DNA of 40,768 nucleotides from contig NW_027191520.1 in the NCBI RefSeq assembly GCF_011745625.1, forward strand, positions 1 through 40,768, given 5' to 3'. The notes beneath the pieces were generated by a model that was not told the DNA's origin, did not search any database, and saw nothing but the letters and a program-made list of their open reading frames with translations. This document shows positions 1 to 12,945 of the stretch, one piece after another. The translations under genes were made by a program, and so were the position numbers. This DNA comes from Cladosporium halotolerans (lineage: Eukaryota). How positions within the stretch are numbered: position 1 is the stretch's first letter; every line of letters begins with the position of its first letter.

Positions 1-296
1 ATGGTTCACCATCTGGTCAAATGGTTCTTACATGTCGAGTTGCCGGTTGGTGTCGGTTTGACCACAGAACCAGCACCAACCGAACCAATAACAGCACTGA
101 TTTTGTAGCAGCTGCAGAGAGTCTGACACAGGCCCATCGCACATTGTTCAAACATCGGCTTGCGGAACTGCATGGGATTGGCTACTTTGGCAACATCCCA
201 GTTGCGTTGGCGACGCTCGACAAGATCTGGGCGCTAGATCGCCGGCGCCGATGGACGCGTGAGGCGGGCATAGTTGCGCCAGTCTTGGTGATTTGA
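1..296 (+). CDS. 3' end of a probable fungal-specific transcription factor (Fungal_trans_2-like C-terminus), truncated by the window edge
   Basis: The frame ending at TGA 294-296 reads FVAAAESLTQAHRTLFKHRLAELHGIGYFGNIPVALATLDKIW, resembling the C-terminal 'F.AG.E...R....L.......GN...A...L..IW' pattern of Zn2Cys6-associated proteins. The first ~95 nt look non-coding and may be intronic. Confidence 0.45.
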   Translation, partial: GSPSGQMVLTCRVAGWCRFDHRTSTNRTNNSTDFVAAAESLTQAHRTLFKHRLAELHGIGYFGNIPVALATLDKIWALDRRRRWTREAGIVAPVLVI

Positions 297-428
297 TGTT
301 AAAGATTTCCTTCTATACATCAGGGTACTATGCATTGACGAAAGGTCATACCGCGATATATGAGTCGCACCATTGAACGCAGTACTCCCTGTTTGCACAA
401 GTCCAGCCGTCCTCGTCCGGGTTCTAGA

Positions 429-1796
429 TCAAACTTTTTGACGCAAGAATAGACCCCGTTGCGTCAACCAAAACTTCGTGTAAGCCCTTGGTGTTCCAAC
501 GGCCAAGGAAGATCTGCCTTCGCGCTCTCTCAATTCATCATCATCTGTCTCCCGAACCTTCCACGAGCGTAGACCCCAGATACTGAGGGCCCCCAAAACA
601 TACATGCAGCCGACAAACACCTGAGCTGAGAGATAGCCCGAGGAAGAGACGAGTCCAAGAGCGATGCCTTCTGCAAACGTCGTCGGTAGAACCAATGAAA
701 GACATACCATACTGAAAGCAAGTGACAACTTCTGCATGCCAACAATCTCAGCAGTCACTGGGACCACCGACGCCCAGAAAGTCCCAGTCACCGTTCCGCT
801 AGTGAGGGCGAAAATGATTAACACAGCGTAAGATTTAGCGGGGATCCACAAGGCAAAGCAAAGGACTCCACATGCAGCCGTTGTGAATATTGCCACGTTG
901 ATCCGCCCATGCCGGTCAGCCCAGTAGCCCATGGGCGGGCGTCCCAAAGCAATTCCAAGACTAAGCATCGCTCCGACAACCGAACCTTGTCGCGCGGTGA
1001 GACCAATAGAGAGAGAGTAATTTGGAAGGGAGTAGAGAAGAGTGATGTACCCCAAATCAGTGACAACGCCCCAGGTGATAATCAGCCAGGTAGAGACGTG
1101 CGCAAACAAGCGCCGATCGAAGAAACGTCTTTGCGGCTGTACAACTTTGTTGCGATCTCGAATTAGCATCACGCATACAGTGTTGGCTAAAAGAGTACTG
1201 ATTGCCAACACAATGTATGTCCAGCGCCATCCAAGTTGTTCTATACCACTTCCGACTCCAAGGTTGTAAGCAAGACCTCCGAAGCCCGCACCGGATGATG
1301 AGATGGCAACGGCAAGACTTCGTCGCTTCGAAAACCATTGAGGCAGCACGGCCGATCCCGTGATGTACAGAAACCCCATGCCATAGCCAAAACAGGCTCC
1401 TTGGCTCAAGAAAAGTTGCCATACGCTGGTCGCGTAGGAAGAAGCCAGCATCGACACAGAGATGAGAAGCGTCCCAATGGCCAGACTTGCACGTGTGCCC
1501 AATTTGTCGTTAGATGTGCTGACCACCGAAGACACCAGTAGGGCCTGAGAGATGGAGAGCCCACCGATGAGCGCGTATTGCAGATGAGTAGCGTTCTCAA
1601 ACTGCGACTGGGATAAGAAGTGAGCGAGAAAAACTCCCCATGAGCTGTTCACTCCCCATGTGTGAACGTTGATCAGGAAAACGCAGGCAGCCACAACCCA
1701 GCCATATCCACCATCGGGAGGAACATCTTCTCGCTCAGCATAAAGCGGCTGTCCGTCGTAAGCGTCTCGTTCAGTTTCCATTACGTATGTTGGCAT
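429..1796 (-). CDS. MFS transporter, monocarboxylate porter (MCH/MCT-like), ~455 aa, intronless
   Basis: PPDGGYGWVV MCT signature, QWFSKRRSLA and GYWADRHGRIN loops, and about 12 hydrophobic segments. First plausible ATG is at 1796; the ORF track extends to 1922. Confidence 0.9.
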   Translation of the reverse strand: MPTYVMETERDAYDGQPLYAEREDVPPDGGYGWVVAACVFLINVHTWGVNSSWGVFLAHFLSQSQFENATHLQYALIGGLSISQALLVSSVVSTSNDKLGTRASLAIGTLLISVSMLASSYATSVWQLFLSQGACFGYGMGFLYITGSAVLPQWFSKRRSLAVAISSSGAGFGGLAYNLGVGSGIEQLGWRWTYIVLAISTLLANTVCVMLIRDRNKVVQPQRRFFDRRLFAHVSTWLIITWGVVTDLGYITLLYSLPNYSLSIGLTARQGSVVGAMLSLGIALGRPPMGYWADRHGRINVAIFTTAACGVLCFALWIPAKSYAVLIIFALTSGTVTGTFWASVVPVTAEIVGMQKLSLAFSMVCLSLVLPTTFAEGIALGLVSSSGYLSAQVFVGCMYVLGALSIWGLRSWKVRETDDDELREREGRSSLAVGTPRAYTKFWLTQRGLFLRQKV

Positions 1797-2710
1797 GTCG
1801 AAAGATGTGTACCCTGTCCAGACGTGCCAGCGTGACGAAAAGCATTTGCGAGGGTGCGCAACTCGAACAGATACTTCCATTGAACCTGTAAAGTATTGCT
1901 TATCACGGTACCGCGATGTCATTCGGTTCGGCTGGAACGCGTAGAGCTCCTCGTGGAGAGAGCTCCGTCATCGCGTCAGCATCCTCTGCAATCATGACGT
2001 CGAAGAGCGACCGTTCGGTTCACAAAAGAGAGGCCTCAGTATTCTGTATATTAGCTGGGTTCGTCTGTTTACCAGTCTCAGCTAGTAAGCCTTTTCAGCA
2101 CAACTCAGACCGACCGTGAGTGATCTCATATACCAGAAACAAGTGCTTCGACGGTCGTCCACAGAAGGACCAGTGATGTATTTAGCCAAGTTGAAAAGAG
2201 TTTCGGAAAGGCATGAGCTGAGTCCTAGCCGAGGAACCGAACAATCCCACAGGGGAACACGCTGCGTTACGATGGTATTTCATTTTATTGCCGTCTTCAC
2301 GGATTCCTCGTGAAACACTTCCGGCACTGGTTCGATGGCACAAGATAGCGAACAAGGCAATGCTTCAAAGCCGCCTTTGGATGCATGTTTGAACTTGACG
2401 TCTGTTTCAAGAATTCTTCAGAATCCCAGCTCCACGTCGTGGACTAAGGTTAAAGAATGAAAAGACGATACCTTATGCTTATCATGACCACTCCTAGACC
2501 CATGAAAGTAGGCCCGTGCTCTGCCAGCGTGAAGGCCCAGCTGCCAGGCTGCTGGTGCGCCAGTGACGTCAGAAACGGTCGCGCGTCTGATCGTCGTCCC
2601 GACTCCCACGACCACCGGCCACGCGTAGGAGCCTCACGTATCCCCTGTGTACACGCGACAGCAAGCTCGTTCCATTGGGTTACCATGGATTCGTAGGAGC
2701 CATCACGGCC

Positions 2711-5292
2711 ATGGCACAGAAAAGAGCTCTCCAGCGCCTGAGCGCGCTCTCCGCCCACCTCACTGGGACGCGGGGTGTGAATGCCGCCGTTGTCAAGAAG
2801 CGATGGAACTCTGGCGAGGCCGGCGAGAACAAGACCGGCCACATCCAGACAAATAATCTGCAAAGCGTCCTGTTTTTCAACAATCTTCTGCCGGTCAACT
2901 TGCAATGGCTCTTTCGAATCCCGTGGACCCTTGAGAAGACCTTCCCAAAGGTCCTGGACCGTAACGAAACAAGCTCCATCTCTGCCGTCAACCCCGTCAA
3001 AGTCCTCGAGGAAGCGGCAAAGGCCAAGAATATTCCCGAAATCAAGGTTCTGGAAGTGCTGCCTCGTCTCAAGGAAGGTGGCGCTTTTGTCAAATTCTCG
3101 CACAACGAATCTACGACGTCTGACGCTGTCTCCGAAGCTGTGAGGGAATATCTGAAAGAGAACAAGGTCCGCCCTTGGTGGGACCCTCTTGCGCGCGTAA
3201 AAGCTAAGCTAGTGCTTGGGAAGCCATGGGTTGAGGATCTGTTCCGTCTGCCTTCACCACGCTTAAAAGTCGAATTTCTCCCTTCTCAGCCTGGTGCCGA
3301 AGCTGCGGAACTCAGTCAGGAACAGCTCTACTCTTTCTTCAGGCCCTACGGAAAGCTTCTCGATATCATCGCTCAGCCGTCAGACTCCAAGGTTCTACCT
3401 CGTTATGCCTACTTGGACTTCGCGCAAAAGCGCAAGGCGATTATGGCGAAGAACTGCATGCACGGCTACACAGTTGGCGAGGCGCAAGGCGGCGGTAAGC
3501 TTGGGACCATTTTCCGTCTGACTTACGAGAAGAAAGCTCGCTTTGGATGGATCAAGGACTGGATTTTCGGCCACCCGAGACTTGTCATTCCTGCTCTCGC
3601 TGCTCTTGTCGCCGGTATTACCGTCTCTGTCTTTGATCCTCTCCGTACCGTTGCCATCAAAGCTCACATCACCCGTGCATTCCACGTCGAGGATAATGTG
3701 GTCTTCCGCTGGTTCAAGTCACAAGGCGAAGACCTGATCAGCAAGGTCAAAGCACTTCAAAAGCATGACGACCCTGGCGACGCGGGAATGCAGGTCGTGT
3801 GGGACGATCGCAAGCCTCAAATCGAACAGATTCAGGCGTGGCTCATGGAGACTGCGGACACCTTCATTGTCGTACAAGGCCCTCGAGGCGCTGGTAAGAA
3901 AGAGCTAGTCCTTGATCATGCGCTCAAACACAAGCGCGAAGCGCACAAAGTGCTCACGCTCGATTGCAAGCCCATACAGGAGGCCAGAGGAGATTCTGCA
4001 ACCATTAATGCTGCTGCCGGACAAGTCGGATACTGGCCGGTTTTCTCCTGGATGAACAGCATCAGTGGTCTGATTGACTTGGCTGCTCAGGGTGCAGCTG
4101 GCGTAAAGACTGGATTCTCAGAGACCCTCGAAAACCAATTGGGCAAGATTTGGAACAACACTGCCTCGGCTCTGAAGACCATAGCGCTTGACGGGCGCTC
4201 CAAGAAAGACAAAGATGCTAAGCTGGGCGACGATGAGTACCTGGAAGTACATCCCGAGCGACGCCCGATCGTTGTCATCGAGAACTTTTTGCACAAGAGC
4301 AATGAACCGGGAGCCGCGCTTGTGTACGACAAGATTGCTGAGTGGGCAGCCCGTTTGACCACCAGCAACATCGCACATGTCATTTTCCTCACAACCGATG
4401 TCTCCTACAGCAAATCGCTTGGGAAGGCACTCCCCGATCGCGTCTTCCGACAGATCTCGCTCGGCGATTGCTCCCCAGAAGTGGCCAAACGCTATGTGAT
4501 GAACCACATCGACTTTGTCGATACCGATGAAGAGGACAGTTGCAAAGATGAAGAAGGCGCAAAGAAGCTACCACCAAGCCAAAAGCGTAGTGATTTGCAA
4601 GAGCTGGACAATGTCATTGGTCAACTTGGTGGCCGCCTGACGGAGCTGTGAGTATCTTGATCCTGAAAGTCCATCACCTCATGTATTGACCAACTCGCAG
4701 CGAATACCTGGCCCGACGCCTCCACGCAGGAGAAACGCCCACTGCCGCCGTAAAAGCAATGATTGAGCAATCAGCGTCGGAGATCCAGAAAATACACATT
4801 GCCGCCGCCAGCGAAGAACGGCAATGGACCTCTCAGCAAGCGTGGCAGCTGATCCGCAACCTCGCCAAATCCGATGCGCTGCGCTACAACGAAGTCCTCC
4901 TGACCGACGCCTTCTCATCAGGCGGCGAAAAGGCCCTCACAGCGCTCGAGCAAGCCGAGCTCATCAGCATTCAGTCGCAGAACGGCCGACCGTACAGCAT
5001 CAAGCCCGGCCGCCCGATCTACGGCCCTGCATTCCAGGAAATGGTCAAGGACCGCGTGCTCGCCGCCAAGATGGATCTGTCGCTGCTGAGCATGCAGATT
5101 GGGGCAGAGAACAAGAGTATCGACAAGTACGAGCAAGAGCTCAAGTTGCTGGGTGGCTTACCGAGTCAGGCTGGCGAGCTGAAGTCAAGGATTTACTGGC
5201 TGCTTGGCAAGATCCAAGGGAGCCAGACTAAGGTTGAGGGGTACGAGAAGGAGGCTGGCGACATGAAGAAAGTCCTGCAGACGGAATTCTAG
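2711..5292 (+). CDS. YME2: Mitochondrial escape protein 2 (Yme2/Rna12), ~842 aa; exons 2711-4647, 4701-5292
   Basis: Basic presequence-like N-terminus, PRLKEGGAFVKF, GKPWVEDL, an RRM (LYSFFRPYGKL...YAYLDF), a TM segment, and the P-loop VVQGPRGAGKKEL. Intron 4648-4700 (GTGAGT...TTGAC...CAG) restores GGRLTELEYLARR. Confidence 0.93.
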
Positions 5293-5608
5293 GCATGCCG
5301 GGTCAGCAACAATGTGTACAAGAGCGCACTGTAAGGTGAGCCGGAGACAGTGTGCGCCCCTACGCTGAGCCATGCAATCGATGGTTTGGACTCTTCACTC
5401 CATCTTTTAACATCTGAGAAGGAAACTCAGTTCCATCCACATCGCCAGAAAGCGTTGTCTTAGTGTTCAATAATACCAAATTAAAAATGTCATTCGCACC
5501 AGACAATCAGCAGGCTCCCCACCAGGTATCAGTCCACAGCCAGCTTCACCACACGCCACGAACATCTTTCCACCACTCTCGATCAAAAAGTTAACACCTA
5601 CCTACCCG

Positions 5609-6285
5609 TCAGTCCCCAGACTCCTCCGCCGACAACACCGTTTCTGAACCCAATCCCGTGAGCGCCGCCGCACCAGCAATCGACGCTCCAATAATCACCC
5701 ACCCCGACCTTGCAACCTGCCTATTCGTAATGCCCCATGCAGACTTCCAAGCCAAAAACCTCAGCGCATTAAATCCATGAAACGCAAAAACCCAGCTAAT
5801 GACAAACTTCACCGGCATCTTGACCCAAGGTGACATCCCGCCAACAGCCGCGGCAACCGAAGTCGCAGAAACCTCGAAGCCCAGGGAAGGCGACGTAAGG
5901 TAAACCATTGGAAACAAATAGAGAGTTCCACTGAGCGCTAGGCCCGTGAGGCGCTCGAGAACCGAGAGGACGGAGGTCATTTGCGGACGGTAGATGCTTA
6001 GATGAGGGGTGAGTGGACGACGGAGACGTTGGGCGGCGAGAAGGGATGGTGCTGAGTTTGGGTTGGTTCGTGGGCTGCGGGCTGTGTGAAGTGCCGCTGG
6101 TCTCGGTGGGGTGCGTTGGAAGGCTACTCGGGGAGCGATGAGGGAGGATGGCGTTGCCTGTTTCAGGCAGAGGGTTGAGAGGCGGTGGGCAGGCGCTGCT
6201 GTTTTGTCAACTGTGAATGAAGGTATTGGAGGGATGAGGTGCCCTGGGAAAGACACCGACCTGCGCGTGACGGGAGAAACGGCAT
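5609..6285 (-). CDS. SDH3: Succinate dehydrogenase cytochrome b560 subunit (SdhC/Sdh3)-like, divergent paralog, ~204 aa; exons 6285-6261, 6198-5609
   Basis: QRLRRPLTPHLSIYRPQ...R.TG and FH..N.LR motifs plus three TM helices. ATG 6285 (MPFLPSRA) joins the main frame via intron 6260-6199 (GTCGGT...TTGAC...ACAG). Arg/Ser/Ala-rich presequence. Confidence 0.85.
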
Positions 6286-7167
6286 GGCGAATGGAATATG
6301 CGCCTCAAAAGGTCGAGGCAGTCGATAGGTGCTAGTATCGACGGCGGTCGCGAGACTGTCAATAGGGGCTCCAAGATGAATGCTAACAATCTGGAATTAG
6401 CTGTCCTATGCCCTTTCATACTAGCAGCATCTTGACCAGCAACACGTATCTCCGACGGTAACCTCGCCCTGCGTTCCGCGAATCGCGTCGCTTGGGAATT
6501 AACACTGGACGCGACCAATCAAACGAGATGCTTTGTTCTGTCTGCCGTCTCGAATGTTGCAAGCGAGCTAGACGCAGGCATGGACAATCCTTCTCGCGAA
6601 GTGAGACCGGAGATACGCGGAGTAAGCGGACGGCGCAAGGGAGTGTTGTAGCAAGAACGTAGGCGCCGCCTTGCCATATGAACATGTTCCTACTCCTGTC
6701 CATTTCATTATGGTTGGCCATCACGCGTCAGCAATGTTGGGAGAAAGTACCACATCTTTTATCGAGTCTGCTGGCATGCCGCATGATTTGTGACGAGCGC
6801 ATTTCACGTGATGGCTGTGTGGAATACCGATTCGATGAACACAATGCTGGCCATCTTGCATCCGATCGTTATTCGTATATACTTTGTTCAAGATGGTCGT
6901 TCGATCATTATGTCCCTGGTTTCGTCAATGGCAAATTCAGGTATACGTTAAACAAGCAGGTGGAGAGGTATGTAGGTACAAAGTCAAGCTTGGGGGCCAC
7001 AGTTAGAGTTAGAGTAGGTGGACCCTGTGTTAGCGACCCACCACGCGCCGCTCGACCCGCACCGGCGCCATCCAAAAGTGGAAACCTCTCAACTATCGAC
7101 ATGTGAGCCCGCCCGCCGCCCGCCCACCTGCGCACCCACACACGCCCTCTGGCACTCGTCCAGTACT

Positions 7168-10100
7168 ATGGACGAGGTCGAGAACCCAGCTTTGCCGGCT
7201 GCAGACGAGTCGAGCCCGACCATCCCTCCTATCGCCGACGACACTCAGCCAGATGTTCCCCTGGTCACCGCCGAAGATGGGGAAGCAGCCCCCGCCGCAC
7301 CCAAGGACGCAGACGGCCCGCCGCCCAAACCTCCTCGGCCTCCTCTGAAGCGCGACAGCAGCTCTGGCTCAGCAATCCCGCCTCAGCAGCTCCCGCCCGC
7401 GCCTCCAGCTGCAACGAGCGAAGAGCTGGCTCAAGACACGCCTGACTCGCTCACTCTCGCCGATCTGAAGAGGATCCGCAGCGCGTTTCCTAACACCACG
7501 ACACCACTAGAGCGCGAGCAGTTACTAGACTACCGCCGGGTCTACGATTTCGAATATCAAGACGCCCAGTCGTTTCCCGTGGAGCTGGAGGAATGGTTCA
7601 GCTACAGCGAAGAAGAGGATCTGAAGCTGCGGCGTTGCAAGACCGTGTTCAACGAACAATGGCGGTCCACAGAAGAAGGAACTCAGGATTGGTTGGATGT
7701 CACCGAGGATGCAAGGCGGAATTACGTGCAAGTGCAGATTGAAGCGCTGCGCGAAGGAGAAGAGGAAGCGGTGACCGCTGCTTTACAGAACTTGACCTAC
7801 ATTGGGTTGGGTGTGTGGGAAGAGACTGCTGGTAGGCAAGAAGGCTCCCCGCTCGAGACCCTGTTTCCGCACAGCATTGAGGGTGGTGCCAGGCTTGAGG
7901 ATTATGCTTCTTCGAGCCTGCAGCTCCAATGGATCGTGAGCATGGTGGATACAATAAGGTCTTGCGGTGGCCTCAGCGCTATCTATGAGACGCTGAGGAA
8001 GATTTGCGACGACGACTTTCAAGCAGCATCGCCTGAGCTATCTGCCAGGGGTGAGAATCAAAGTCGACGAGCGGATGAGAGCATGGAGCTTTGGTGCTGT
8101 CTCACGCTCGTGTATCTGTTTGTGGAGGTCGCACGAACAGCGGACGGTTCGAGCGGGCAGACTATGAAGAGCGAGATCCTTGCTCTGGAGCCGAACTTCC
8201 TCAACTACCTTACTCAGATCGTAGCTCGACTGCGCTGGGATGAGACGGCTCCGATTCCGCTGACCAAGATGCTGCTGTTGGCTTGGAAGACAATTTTGGT
8301 CTCACTTGGTGGGATCAAGGACATCGAGCACATCAAGGAGTCGCTCAGAGAGGACAAAGATGAGATGGACGCTCGGGGCCAGCCGATTATCACAGCTTCT
8401 CCACTTGACTACCATCTCTTCCGCCAAGAGATCAACTCCAAATACCCAGCGTACCAACCTCCCGAGCCGCTCTTCCCACTGGAGCCTGAGAACAACAGCA
8501 TTCTACCACCACTAAAACACCGTCGGCCAAGTGCGGTATCTGATGCTTCGTTCGCCAGCGCACCGTCTGCCGGAAATGGCTCGATCATGCATCAGCCAGT
8601 GCACATCGCCACCCCTGCGCCTTCGCCGCCTCCGTCGCCCGGAGGACCCGGTAAAGCTGGTAAGAAGCAAAACTATCAGACAAATCAGATGTTTCCCTTC
8701 TTGTATCCGCCCTTGGATGAGAACAGCAACGAGCTTGGCGGCAAAGGTAGTACTGAGCTGCAAGACGCGCTGGTCGGCAGGAGATGGGAAGGAACAGATA
8801 TCCCAACGAGCATCCTTGAGGCCGCTGAGTTGTTTGCCAAGCGGATGCGCGCAACGCGAGGTATGAAGCAACTGTGGGAGACAAGAGTCGACTACATGAA
8901 GTACGAACGCGGATGGAAAGGCAGCGCGGATCTCGACAACAACGACGTGGACGACTTCGAGCTGGTGCCCAAGCCAGCGGAAGAGGAGACTGCCGAGCAA
9001 GGCGAGCCGGTTCCGCAGACGGAGGAAGAGCGAAAACTTGCCGCCGTCAACGATTACTACCGCGATTCGCTGCCTTATTTGCAGAGCGTCGTGATTGTGC
9101 TGCTGAAGGCAGTGCTGCAGAACGTGACCGACCTCGTCACGAAAGGCAACGGTCAGAACGGGCTGCAGGCTGGGTTCCAGTTCAACGAGCCCAATGGCAT
9201 TAATGGCTCGGTGAAGCCGGTCGAAAACGGCAACGGACACATCGAGCACGGCGAAAGCACGGCCGAGGAAATCGACAAGCTTCGCTCGCAAGAAATAGCT
9301 GCCAAGGCCCTGAGCTCAATCCTTCTGCTCCTGCTAAAATGGTTCAAGCTGAACCACATCCTGCAGTACGAGTACATGACGCAGCTTTTGCTGGACTCAA
9401 ACTATGTCCCGCTGATCTTGAAGTTGTGGCAAACGCACGAGATTGGTCGTGCGTGCCACTTCCCGCTCGAGCGAGAGGAGTCAAATTTCTTCTACTTCTG
9501 CCAGTCGACGTCTCGCCAAGGCGCTCCTCAACCACGCCACGACTCTACGGCTCAGGCGGAAGAAGACGACTCGGAAGACGACGCAGTCCCGCCTCCGATC
9601 AAAATGAAGCGCGACGACCCCGACGCCGCTGTCACCTCGCCGCCCGAGCCGGAATACAGCCAGCAGCAGCAGCCGCCGCCGGAGATCGACGAGCTGGGCT
9701 ACCCCCAGACTCCTCTGCCACCAGACCCCATCACCACCTACTCGTGGCGCAATGTTTTCACCTCCATCAACTACCTGCGGGTGCTGCAGAAAATCACCCG
9801 ACGCAAAACACACCGCTCCCTTCTCCTCGTCAGCTACAAATCCAGCCTGCACCTCAAAAAGACCCTCAAGATCCCCATCGCCCCGCTGCGGTACTACACG
9901 CTGAAGCTCTTCAAATCTCAAGTGCCCTTCTGCGGCCGCAAGTGGCGACAAGGCAACATGAAGATCATCACGGCGGTGTGGCTGTCGGTGCCGGCGGAAC
10001 TGCGCGACGACTGGCTGTCGGGCGGCGGTGGCGGGATGGGCGGCGGGTGGGTTGGAGATGTGGACGGGAGTGTGGAAGATGCGCTGCCGCTGGAGCAGAG

Positions 10101-10305
10101 CCTGCGGGCGCTGACGCATTGGTGGAACGTCAGGAATTTCAGGGAGGTGATGGGCGTTGAGGAGGGGATGTTGAAGGAGGGCGAGGAGGGGTTTTTTGAG
10201 AGGGAGTTGGAGAAGTTGGAGATTGCTAGGGGTGTGATGGGTGGTGGGGAGGAGGAGGGTGGGGAGGGAGAGGGGGAGTGGCATGGGCCTGTTGAGGGAT
10301 ATTGA
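7168..10305 (+). CDS. FAR11: STRIPAK component Far11/HAM-2/PRO22 (STRIP1/2 family; N1221 + DUF3402 domains), ~1045 aa
   Basis: Motifs ELEEWFSY, ITASPLDYHLFRQEINSKYP, KKQNYQTNQMFPFLYPP, LLKWFKLNHILQYEYMTQLLLDSNY, YTLKLFKSQVPFCGRKWRQGNMKIITA. First in-frame ATG is at 7168. Confidence 0.93.
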   Translation: MDEVENPALPAADESSPTIPPIADDTQPDVPLVTAEDGEAAPAAPKDADGPPPKPPRPPLKRDSSSGSAIPPQQLPPAPPAATSEELAQDTPDSLTLADLKRIRSAFPNTTTPLEREQLLDYRRVYDFEYQDAQSFPVELEEWFSYSEEEDLKLRRCKTVFNEQWRSTEEGTQDWLDVTEDARRNYVQVQIEALREGEEEAVTAALQNLTYIGLGVWEETAGRQEGSPLETLFPHSIEGGARLEDYASSSLQLQWIVSMVDTIRSCGGLSAIYETLRKICDDDFQAASPELSARGENQSRRADESMELWCCLTLVYLFVEVARTADGSSGQTMKSEILALEPNFLNYLTQIVARLRWDETAPIPLTKMLLLAWKTILVSLGGIKDIEHIKESLREDKDEMDARGQPIITASPLDYHLFRQEINSKYPAYQPPEPLFPLEPENNSILPPLKHRRPSAVSDASFASAPSAGNGSIMHQPVHIATPAPSPPPSPGGPGKAGKKQNYQTNQMFPFLYPPLDENSNELGGKGSTELQDALVGRRWEGTDIPTSILEAAELFAKRMRATRGMKQLWETRVDYMKYERGWKGSADLDNNDVDDFELVPKPAEEETAEQGEPVPQTEEERKLAAVNDYYRDSLPYLQSVVIVLLKAVLQNVTDLVTKGNGQNGLQAGFQFNEPNGINGSVKPVENGNGHIEHGESTAEEIDKLRSQEIAAKALSSILLLLLKWFKLNHILQYEYMTQLLLDSNYVPLILKLWQTHEIGRACHFPLEREESNFFYFCQSTSRQGAPQPRHDSTAQAEEDDSEDDAVPPPIKMKRDDPDAAVTSPPEPEYSQQQQPPPEIDELGYPQTPLPPDPITTYSWRNVFTSINYLRVLQKITRRKTHRSLLLVSYKSSLHLKKTLKIPIAPLRYYTLKLFKSQVPFCGRKWRQGNMKIITAVWLSVPAELRDDWLSGGGGGMGGGWVGDVDGSVEDALPLEQSLRALTHWWNVRNFREVMGVEEGMLKEGEEGFFERELEKLEIARGVMGGGEEEGGEGEGEWHGPVEGY

Positions 10306-11046
10306 TGATGATGAATTGGAGAAATGGGCGTGGTCTAGACAAACGCCTGCCTTCCGTTTGCTATAAGTCCTGCTGTTGGTGTCTGGGATGTTGGAGGGAT
10401 ATCACTCCAATGATATAATGAAAATGCCAATGCCCGACAGCGGCTTCACCTCTTACTAGGTCGTTATCCCGCCGCCAACAGCTCAATATGTGGAGATGAG
10501 TGGTCGAGTAGCCAAGCAAAATAACACCAAAGCCGAATGTTGTACAGATGCACGTGAAGAATAGACCGGTTGTTTGTGAATAGTTAGTGAGATGTAGGCA
10601 TATAGAGGACACACGTGCACGCTAGTCGGACAAGTCGGGAAAAGCGCCCGCTCAACCGGCGTCTCCTAGGGCGGGTAATCCTCGGTGGGCACCCGGCTAG
10701 CCTGACGCGCAGCTGTTGGGCAGCTGGGAGGGAGGGAGCTGCGCGAGTTGATGGAAGGACATAAACATATTGATGGGCAACTCATGAATACATTGACGAC
10801 AATGGATGGGATATTCATGAGATTATCATTCTTGCCACCCGCTCCCCTGACGACGCAGCACTGTCCAGCCGTCCTCGTCCGGCGACGCTCGCAGCACGTG
10901 CCAAGCCAGCTAGCCCGGCGGAGGCAGCCGTGCTTTTTCGAGGAGCTCCGATCTGAACCGCAAACCTCTCCCTTGCCCGTCAACCTCTCCCAAGCTACTC
11001 CTCCTCCATCCCTCTCCACCCACATCACCCCCATCACACCGCAATC

Positions 11047-12945
<1,899 letters not shown>

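Noticed and set aside
4648..4700. Apparent premature stop or frameshift in YME2
   Set aside because: Explained by a canonical 53-nt intron.
8512..10284. Long alternative-frame and antisense ORFs within FAR11 (259-273 aa)
   Set aside because: GC-rich shadow ORFs fully overlapping a conserved gene.
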